In this document: piece by piece, positions 54,345-64,000 of the stretch
How the letters are laid out: each line of letters begins with the position of its first letter
Position numbering within the stretch: position 1 is the first letter of the stretch
DNA from: Octopus vulgaris
Lineage: Eukaryota
Reading direction: 5' to 3'
Assembly (NCBI GenBank): GCA_951406725.2
Contig: OX597817.1
Coordinates: 133,176,001 to 133,240,000, forward strand
Length of the DNA: 64,000 nucleotides
Notes under the pieces: model-generated
Databases searched by the model: none
Seen by the model: the letters and a program-made list of their open reading frames with translations, nothing else
What the model was told of the DNA's origin: nothing
Position numbers and translations under genes: made by a program

Positions 54345-56279
54345 TTCCGGTTAACCAGAATGCAACACTAGTTGGTCTGGACTGTTACAGTGAAAAGATG
54401 TGAGTTTCGGCTCCGTGACTAGAAAAAAAGAAAAATTGTCAATTATGGCTCGCTATAGCGAGCAAAATACTAGGTTCTCATCACCGTAACGGTGAATTGA
54501 GAATTTTTGCTTGAAAATTCTTTTTGTAAATTCTAGTGGGCGTATCTCGCCAGAAAAATAAGAATAAGCCATTTGGATTACCTTTTTGCAGTATTATACA
54601 AAGGATTCCCTGTCTGCTATTTGTGAGGTTTTTTTTTTACTTTTCCCTTCTATTTTTTTCTTTCTTTCTAAATTTTGGTTCATTCTTTTCATTAGTTTAA
54701 TTTCAGTTTCCTTCCCTCCTCTTTTATTTTGTTTTATTTTATTCGGTTTAATTTTTTGGCAGACTGTCTTTTGAACTACTTTTGAACTGCTTTTTGACAT
54801 GGCAGAGAAGGAACTTAAAAAGAAAAACTCTGTCTTAGAGTGGGAAATTAACCCGCCTAAGCAGTGGTTAAAAGATATGGAGAAGACGATGGTACTTAGA
54901 ACTTATTCCCAAGTTCTTAATTCCATCACCGTCTTCCCAAAACAAGTCATAAAAAATGAACTTAAAGAATATTTGTCCTCTTTAAAATCTATATCCCGTA
55001 GTGTCAAACATGCAACCGTATGGTTGCTGTTTGACAACGGAGAAAAGGCTCGCCAGTTTGCGAGTCAGCCTTTAGAAGGCAAGGACATTCTGTTCCTTCC
55101 GTCATATTGTGGAAGAAAATTAATACGAGCCTGGGTATGTGGGTTACCCCCAGGCACCGAAGCGGATTGGATTGAAGATACCATCCAACGGGGACTGGGG
55201 GATGGCGGGCCCAGGCTCTTAAATGTAAATGTATTGCCGGCGGTCGATTGGGAAGGGTCAAAAGCAATTTTTACCCTGTGGACACCATCGGCCACAACAC
55301 ATCTGGTTCTTCCAGATTTATTGAAAATGGCTGGCTGCAGGTATCCGGTGATACTTGAGGGACGTCCCCCCAAGTGTCACTCGTGCCTGCAGCCAGGCCA
55401 CATTAAAAGGAACTGCCCCCAGGACCACGGTAAGGTCCTGGAACAGTCACTAGATGCCATCTCCCTTACCCGGTCAAAGGGAGAGGTGGATGTGGTCGAG
55501 GAGGCTTCAGCCTCCGGACAAAGCGGAAGAGCTCCACTCTCCCGAAGTCAGGAAGAAAAGAAGAAAAGAAGGCAGAAGAACGGGTCGTCTCAGCGGGGAG
55601 ATGATGTGCCGTCTGCATGTCCCGAAGTTGTACCACTTACGATGGAAGAAACCACCCCACACTTAAAGATGATCAATTAATTATCTTTTTCTATAAGGGC
55701 GGGGAGGTGTAAAAATAGTAGAAGAACATAAAGAGACAGCAGATATGCCCTTCACACGGGATCCCTAATGGCCTCCGCAGATAGCTGTGGAGGTCATAAG
55801 GTTTCCCTTGTGGGAAAGGCTTACAGGATTTGGGGAGGAGTGTCGCATATGGCTGGGTGGCCCTTACACGACTTACATGTCCTACATGAGTGAGGCATGG
55901 GAAATGGCGGGATACAGGAACTCAAGCGACATTGAAGATAATGATGAATATATCGAAAAGTAGGAGGTGAAAGACCCTCGATATAGGGTTTGAAACCTCA
56001 TCTTATTGTATTATTTGTAGTGGTTTATAACCTCAATTGTGTGTTTAAAAAAAACATGTTAAGTAAGTGGTTTTAGAGCCTCTTTCTTGTAAGAGGTTTG
56101 AAACCTAATATTGAATTTTAAAAAAAGAAAATATGTTTTCGAGAAAAATCCAATCGGCGAGAGTTGGGTTTCGTCTCTCATTTATTCATTCTATTTCATT
56201 TTCATTCATTAATGTGTTTGTCCAGCCCGCAAAGCTACACATTCTTTGTACTGGCTATGATGACAAATTTTATGAAATA
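54345..56279 (+). mobile_element. ORF1-only non-LTR-type element, copy 2, inserted in a SINE head with 15-bp TSD
   Basis: TSD aagtagcttggttac (54330-54344) / aagtagtttggttac (56280-56294); ends gtccagcccgcaaagcta...tatgaaataaa; no RT or EN motifs seen. Confidence 0.85.
54799..55680 (+). CDS. Gag-like (Tx1/L1-type ORF1) protein with CCHC zinc knuckle, 293 aa; original C-terminus probably continued to ~55960 but is now disrupted
   Basis: ATG-initiated ORF; RYPVILEGRPPKCHSCLQPGHIKRNCP, basic patch EEKKKRRQK; collinear with 33760-35034; downstream remnant WPPQIAVEV at ~55769. Confidence 0.8.
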   Translation: MAEKELKKKNSVLEWEINPPKQWLKDMEKTMVLRTYSQVLNSITVFPKQVIKNELKEYLSSLKSISRSVKHATVWLLFDNGEKARQFASQPLEGKDILFLPSYCGRKLIRAWVCGLPPGTEADWIEDTIQRGLGDGGPRLLNVNVLPAVDWEGSKAIFTLWTPSATTHLVLPDLLKMAGCRYPVILEGRPPKCHSCLQPGHIKRNCPQDHGKVLEQSLDAISLTRSKGEVDVVEEASASGQSGRAPLSRSQEEKKKRRQKNGSSQRGDDVPSACPEVVPLTMEETTPHLKMIN

Positions 56280-56426
56280 AAGTAGTTTGGTTACCAACCA
56301 CATGGTTCCGGGTTCAATCCCATTGCGTGACACCTTGGGCAAGCGTCTTCTACTATAACCTCAGACCAACCAAAGCCTTGTGAGTGGATTTGGTAGACAG
56401 AAACTGGAAGAAGCCCGTCGTATATA

Positions 56427-56476
<50 letters not shown>

Positions 56477-56705
56477 GTGTGTGTGTATGTGTATGTGTGT
56501 GTGTATGTGTGTGTATATGTTTGTGTGTCTGTGTTTGTACCCCCACCGATGGTGGTGTGCTTACGTCCCCGTAACTTAGCGGTTCGGCAAAAGACACCGA
56601 TGGAATAAGTACTAGACTTACAAAGAATAAGTCCTGGGGTCAATTTGTTCGACTAAAGGCGGTGCTCCACCATGGCCGCAGTCAAATGACTGAAACAAGT
56701 AATAG
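56280..56705 (+). mobile_element. SINE family A body, continuation of 54308-54344
   Basis: ccaaccacatggttccgggttcaatccc...ggcggtgctccaccatggccgcagtcaaatgactgaaacaag. Confidence 0.88.
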
Positions 56706-57896
56706 AGAAGAAATATTGTAATGCTATTACTGAATCAGCAAGCTCAGGACATTTATGAATTGTATAATTATACAAGACAATTCGTTCAAATTTAAAAAAA
56801 GAGGTTATAATTAAAACGGCGTGCGATAAGCGATCCAGTGTTAGGCTAAGATGTCATTAAGCGGCTTTATGATTGGGAGGTATAAAGTTATCAAGTTTAG
56901 AGGAGCAGGTTTAGGATTATCAAACAAAAAAAGACGAAATGGGATGAAAGCACATCCCAGTGGTGAAGATCTTAGTCTAAAACAGTTTTCTTGGGATTTA
57001 GAGATATTTCCCTTCATCAATAAATTTTAAACTCTAGTAGATTGATACTAAATTGATAATCAAATTTCGTGGTTCTGTGTGTCACATGAAAATATAAAGT
57101 GTATAATTCTCACCTTGATATTTTAAATGTTTTGCTTGGATAATGAAATGACTCTGAGGTAATAAAATGACTTCAGCTCAGTTAATTCGGTTTGAAGTGG
57201 TGTCTCCCATGGAATTTCTTATAGTAATCTTCATTTTTACTTTCTTCTTTCATCATGGCAAACTAATTACAGATTCCTTCAAGTTTCTTGTATCAAATTA
57301 GACTTCAATGATCTCTCAGTTTGAATTTCATGTAAAAATAATTCAAATCTTACCAACTTTGAAAAGGCACGTTGCCCTGTGACCAAGTTATTGCATATAC
57401 GATCGCAAGATCGAGATTTCGATTCCTGGAGTGGGTGGCGCGTTGTATTATTTTGTTAAACTCTTCATTTCACGTTGCTCCAGTTCACTCAGCTGTAAAT
57501 AAATAACTCTGTGACGGAGTGTCCAGTTCGGGTGGGGGGTTGTGGCCACGTCTGCGCTTGTAATGGCCAACGGTTGATGATGAAGAATAATCTTAAAAAG
57601 CAACAAAAGACTTCAGAGTTCTCCATAAAACCCAAATGGTTTTGGAAAAGGTTTTGGCATCGTTGCTGTTGCAATCTTCGCCACTGTTGTTGTTTAACAC
57701 CTCGTTGACAATGTCTATCTCGTTACATATCTAGGATTACATTATCCTTTTTCAAGAGGATAGGAGTCTAAGCTAAATAAGATTTAGCCGCCATTTTCAG
57801 CAAATCGCACAACCCTTTATAGGCTTCCTCTGTTTAATTCATGAGTGATGTATTTTAATGTCTGTTAATTAATGCACGAGAATAATCACACCGTTA

Positions 57897-58270
57897 AGGC
57901 GGCGAGCTGGCAGAAACGTTAGCACGCCGGGCGAAATGCGTAGCCGTATTTCGTCTGCCGTTACGTTCTGAGTTCAAATTCCGCCGAGGTCGACTTTGCA
58001 TTTCATCCTTTTGGGGGTCGATTAAATAAGTACCAGTTACGCACTGGGGTCAATATAATCGACTTAATCCGTTTGTCTGTCCTTGTTTGTCCCTTCTGTG
58101 TTTAGCCCCTTGTGGGTAGTAAAGAAATAGGTATTTCGTCTGCTGTTTCGGTCTGAGTTCAAATTCTGCCGAAGTCGACTTTGCCTTCCATCATTTCGGG
58201 GTCGATAATTTAAGTACCACTTACGTACTGGATTCAATCTAATCGGTTGGCTCACTCCCCCAAAAGAATA
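57897..58270 (+). mobile_element. SINE family B with duplicated body
   Basis: ggcggcgagctggcagaaacgttagcacgccgggcgaaatgcg...; gagttcaaattc block occurs twice. Confidence 0.88.
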
Positions 58271-58299
58271 TATAGGCACTGACATAATTTTATAGTTAA

Positions 58300-58448
58300 G
58301 AAGGTCACTTTACAACCACGTGGTTTCGCGTTCAGTTCCACTGCGTGGCATCTTGAGCAAGTGTCCTCCTTTAACCCCGGACCGACCAATGCTTCGAAAG
58401 CGAACTAGGTAGAAGGAAAACGCGTGGAAGCCTGTCGTATATATATGC

Positions 58449-58495
<47 letters not shown>

Positions 58496-58650
58496 ACTGA
58501 ATGTGATAACTGGTGTTGGTTCCTTTACATCCCTGTAACATTAGTTGTTCAGCAAACGAAAATAAGAGAATAAGCACTGGTGTCGATTTGTTCGGTTAAA
58601 CCTTTCAATGTGATACCCCAGCGTGGCCGCAGAACGATGACTCCAACAAA
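58300..58650 (+). mobile_element. Diverged SINE family A
   Basis: caaccacgtggtttcgcgttcagttccactgcgtggcatcttgagcaagtgtc...ccccagcgtggccgcag. Confidence 0.7.
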
Positions 58651-59335
58651 TAAACGATAAGACAAACATATTCTGATGGTCTTCAAAATAACGAAACGTG
58701 ATAAAAAAAACGAAATAAAAAGATTATTTGCAACGTTACACGTTTAAATGCATTGGTGTCAACAAATTTAGGGGATTTCTTTAAGAGACTAAATTCTTCA
58801 GAATCGATATTTGTAAGGTACTAAAATAGTTTTACTGATCCTAGAAAACAAAAAAAATAAGTCAGTGAGATTTAAACTGGGAATAATTTCCAGATATTGA
58901 AATAAATGATTTACAGTGGTGCTCTCTTGTCTCTGAGACATCGGTTGCTCCGCATTCCATTATATCTTACTCCATTACTTAGCGTTTAGAATTAATGTAT
59001 TTCCCAAATGGAGCGTCAAATAGAATAGATTATTGACGTCACTGTGTAGCGATGCGTCGCTTATATACAATATTTCCATACATATGTAGAAATATATTTA
59101 CGTCTCTGGTTATTTTCTCGGCAAGTAACCATTTAATTGCAGAAGGAAATGCAACCGTAATTAACTGTTTTCTTGAGAGAAAAACAAAAACGGAAAGCAA
59201 GCAAAAAAGAAAGAAAGAAAGAAAGAAATGAAGCTCTACTTAATCATTATTTCATCAAATGTATTTCTCCTGTGGCAGAGTAATTTTCATTTCTAAATAT
59301 TCGTCGTCGTTGCAGGTGATGTTATTGACAGTGGT

Positions 59336-59378
<43 letters not shown>

Positions 59379-59381
59379 CAT

Positions 59382-59426
<45 letters not shown>

Positions 59427-59439
59427 TATACATATACAC

Positions 59440-59486
<47 letters not shown>

Positions 59487-59724
59487 CTCACACATATACA
59501 TGCACACACACACATACACATATATATATATATAAACATACGTATATATGAATATATGCACATTCACATACATACATACATATATATATATATATGTATG
59601 TGTGTATATATATATATACATACACATATACATACACATATATAAATGTGTGTGTATACATATATGCACGCATACACACACACAAACACACATATATATG
59701 TTTGTGTTTGTGTCTATATATATT

Positions 59725-59755
<31 letters not shown>

Positions 59756-60469
59756 GTATATATTATGTTGCGCTATATTATATTATATGTTATATATGCG
59801 TGCACTTATATGTTTTTGTTGTCGTTTATTGTAAAGTTTCATTTTTCTGGGGTTTTTTCCCCGGATTTTTTTTTCCTTTTTTTTGTTTTTATTCTTCTCT
59901 GCGGTTGATATTAAGATGACTCCACATCGTAAGACAGAACAGCTTTCGTTAGAAACTCTTCTCTCAAGTGATTTCGAATAATCATTTAACATAAACGTTC
60001 ACATTGAAATTGCTCACAGAAGAGACATTTAATTATATCTCTACAGCCGTTGGTTATTTTTGAAAAAAATAAATAAAGATTATTCCAACATTTGCTAATT
60101 GTTTTTATATCGCTGTTAGTTTTGCCATTTCTTCTTGATTTTCCTGTTGCTTCTGCATCTGATACGATTATTAACACTGATGCTTGACTTGACAGGAATT
60201 ACTTTTATAATATCACTTGAAAAACTATAGTTTCCATGGATTCTTATGATATTACTAAGTCCCATTTCTGTAAAACTATTTGTATAAGTGAAATTCGCCC
60301 ACGTAATCCGACAGTTTTTTACATGCTGAGTTGGGCATCAGATCAGTACTTCCCAAACTTTATTAAGCCTTATCCCCTCCATGCACACTTTTCTATTTTT
60401 ATTCATACTTTATTATCAAAACAAGCAAAGTATTTTTTCAAATACTTTTCCCTAAATTTTAACTTTAAA

Positions 60470-60920
60470 ATATTGGTTTCAAATTTCGGTCTAAGGCTGG
60501 AAATTTCGAGGGAAGGGTAAGTCGATTACATTGATCCCAGGGATCAACTGGTACTTATTTTATCGACCCCCTTCCCTATAAGATAAAAGCGAAAGTCAGA
60601 CGAAATGCTGGTATGCAGTTCGCCCAGCCGGTTAACGATTCCGTCAGCTTGCCACCTTTCGACTTGGTGGTATTATTATAACGCTTCAATTGACTGGGAC
60701 TCTACATAAAGTGTAGCGTTTCCCCACGAGTGAATGTTCTATTGTGATTCTTAAAGTAGCGTTAAAACAATGGTTTAAACTTTTGGAACAAGGCCAGGAG
60801 TTTCAGGAGGCGATTATTAGTCTATTACATCGACTCCAATACATTACTGGTACTTTAATTTATAGATCCCCCCAAAAGATAAAAGGCAAAGGTGAGTCCG
60901 GTGTCATTTAAACTCAGAAA
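60470..60920 (-). mobile_element. Two diverged SINE family B fragments
   Basis: gtcgattacattgatcccag...actggtacttattttatcgacccc blocks at ~60520-60570 and ~60820-60870. Confidence 0.65.
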
Positions 60921-61324
60921 GTAAGGAAGGATTTTGTGTATTTTCTCCAAAGTGATCGGATCATAACCGACGGAGCGCCACGATACACCTTATATACTTT
61001 ATGCACAATTTTGTAGACTTAATACACAGCACTCATAAAAATATTCACTCTTATTTTTCCATTTTCCCCATAAACAAACAAAACATATCCCGTACATATG
61101 ATACAACCTTTAGTTAAATTGCATATATTTGCCACGTAAATAAGCACGAATATTTCACGGAATTGCACTTATGCGCATGCGTTAAGTGATAGGGGGTATA
61201 AAATCTTTATTCAATCAAAAAAATGCACTTTTCACTACCCAATCACCACCACCATACCATCATCTCTCTCTCCCCTCTCACTTTCCCTCCTCTCTCCCCT
61301 CTCACTTTCCCTCTTCTCTCCCCC

Positions 61325-61382
<58 letters not shown>

Positions 61383-61499
61383 CTTTCTTTAACTTCACCA
61401 TGAGAACATCATCTCTCTGCTGAATTTAAATTTCTAACTCCCTTTGTCTCTATCCCTACCTTCAACTAACTTTTTTAATGACGTAATAAATATTACGTT

Positions 61500-61855
61500 T
61501 CCCCTAACTCACATCACGGGCACCTCTCTCTCCCTCTTTTCCTCTCTCTCTCTTTTTCTTTCTCCTCTCTTCCCCTTCAACTGATCACGTGAATGCGTTA
61601 CAATTACATTCTTTCTACCTCACGTCATGGATGCTTCTCTCCCTCTATTTCTTTCTCCCCCTTTCTGTCTCATGCTTCGCTTTACCCTCTTTTTCTCTCT
61701 CCTTTTTCTTTCTCCTCTCTTTCCCTTCAACTAATCCCGTGAAAGCGTTACAATTACGTTCTCTCTACCTCACGTCGTAGACGCTTCTCTCACCCTCTTC
61801 TTCTCTCTCCCTCTTTTCTTTCTCCCTCTTGTTCTCTAATCACGTGAAAGCGGGC
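61500..61855. repeat. Short tandem array of ~150-bp units with CT-rich spacers
   Basis: cccttcaact.atc.cgtgaa.gcgttacaattac.ttct.tctacctcacgtc at ~61573 and ~61723, partial third copy at ~61837. Confidence 0.7.
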
Positions 61856-63371
61856 AAAGTAACGTAATGAGAAGCAGAATTGTTATACGATGTGTGTGTG
61901 TGTGTGTGTGTGTGCGTGTGCGTGTGTGCGTGTGTGAGTGTTAAGACATACTATACATCAGTAATTTATATTTAATCTTGGAAGTTTTTCAAGGGCAATA
62001 TGATTAAAAGAATTGCAAATATTTATTGAACTCAATTGTATTTTTTACTCGCATGATATGTATATGCTGTTGTGAACTGACTCATTAAGTGCTTGGGCAT
62101 TAGATTAGATTTAAGATAATGTCACTCAATCTACCATTATGAGATCGGTTGTCAAGGCAGAGACTAATCATAATGATAATCCAGTGCGATATAAGATTTC
62201 CGATACAAACATTTTACTTAGAAAGAGTTACCTTAGTGGAGCGCTTTCCCCTCTGGTGTAAGCGCAAAGGTAGGACTTCAGCTCATTATTGTAAACTCAT
62301 TCGCTAGCTTTATATTTGTAAATACCTTTATAAAGGCGATGAATTGGAAGAATCGCTTCTGGGATAAAATGTGTAGCAGCATCTACGATCTGAGTTCAAA
62401 TGCTGCCGAAGCCAACTGCACTTCATAGCCTTTCGGGGTCGATAAAAAAAGTACTATTCAAGCAGTGGGGTTGATGCAATCGATTTGTCTCTTCCCTTGG
62501 GAAGTACTAGCTTTAAAATTCGCAACAAACAGGCGGATCTTTCTAATTTCGGACATTTGTACGCCATAGAACCCAGACAACCAGTGTTATAAGTCATAGA
62601 CCACAAGAAAAATAAATATATTAAATAAGAACTTTATAATGCTTGTACTGCATATATTAATATGTACTTACATGTGGCACCTATTTACAGAGAGAGAGAT
62701 AGACGAGACTATTGTAGCATTGATCACAAGCAAGAATCTTCCCCACACTGGTTGTCTAACTCTCGATACAGGCACCGTTTCTAATTCTCCCATTTTCATC
62801 TGTCTGTGTATTTAAATCCTTAAGATTTAGGTTAGGTTATAATATTCAGTTATTGATCCGAAATCCTATTTTGTGGGTATCTACCATCTTGAGAAGTACA
62901 TCTCCTCCATATGCATAATATTTTACCGTATGATCTGCAGACGATATAATATTTCTGCCACTACCACAGCAAATTTATTGAATCTTCCCTCCGCCCTGCA
63001 CCATTTCCTCGCGCTAGTCTACAACATAAAAGTCATATTGCGAAAACCATTTTGTTAATGTACGATGATAGAACTGATCTACGTCTGTAGAAAACAACTT
63101 GGAATGGGGGGGTCATTGTCCAATAATTCCGGATATTACAGGAAAATCACATTGGAAATACTCATCAGACGAAATCAATATCTTCAAATGTTAAATGGGC
63201 CTTGAAAATACACAGAAATTTATTTCTCCGTAAAAACATTAAATGTTTATAATACTATCAATGATTCCGATGCATCTGACATCGAATTAACGATGGGAGT
63301 TATTTAAACAGAATCGTATTAAAATAACAACAACCAAAACAGCAACAACAACAACAATAATAATAATAATG

Positions 63372-63423
<52 letters not shown>

Positions 63424-63735
63424 TGATGATAATGATAATATAAACAGTAAAAATAATAAAAATAATGCCTTGCATACCATGATGTCCGAACTATTAAATT
63501 TAACCATTCCTCTGTTAAATTGACCAAAACAAATGAATAAGTAAAAATAAAATCAAAATCAATGTTCATAGACGTAGACATAGCCGAGTAGTTAAGACGT
63601 TCGCTACGCGTCCAAGTTTTTACGAGTTCGGTTCCACTGCGCGGCATCTTGTGCAAGGGTTTCCAACTATAGCCTCGGATTAATGAATATCTTATAAGCA
63701 GAATTTGGTAAAAATAAATGGCACGGAACCCCACC

Positions 63736-63836
<101 letters not shown>

Positions 63837-64000
63837 TGTATGTATGTATGCATGTATGTATATATATATATATATATATCATATATAAACTCACATACAT
63901 AGTCTAAGAATTTATGAATCAGGAAAAAATATGCACTCATAATGGTTACAAGTGTGGGAATATCTGAATGTAGAGTAGTATATATATCCATTATGGCCGA

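Noticed and set aside
61500-61855. Repeat-spacer-like array considered as CRISPR
   Set aside because: Eukaryotic context, long units with CT-rich low-complexity spacers, no cas genes

Overview
This is eukaryotic, AT-rich, repeat-saturated DNA, not prokaryotic. The tRNA-derived SINE families and the density of (TA)n, (TATG)n, (TAGA)n and (TAA)n tracts fit an octopus or other coleoid cephalopod intron or intergenic region (inference). I found no confidently supported host gene, and most ORFs in the track are microsatellite artefacts. Real coding remnants are all from transposons: an uninterrupted 5'-truncated RTE/BovB-type RT ORF, two Penelope-like elements, three stacked R4/Dong-type LINE fragments, a Tx1/L1-type ORF2 tail and Tc1/mariner relics. 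Two observations stand out. (1) Two diverged ~2 kb elements (33.2-35.3 kb and 54.3-56.3 kb) encode only a gag-like CCHC-knuckle ORF1, have no RT, and sit at the same site between box A and box B of the same SINE family, one with a 15-bp target-site duplication; this suggests a site-specific, ORF1-only, SINE/tRNA-targeting retroelement family. (2) Several type I hammerhead ribozyme motifs lie in Penelope-type termini, two with an unusually long helix II capped by a CCUC loop. All calls were made by eye and boundaries are approximate unless stated.
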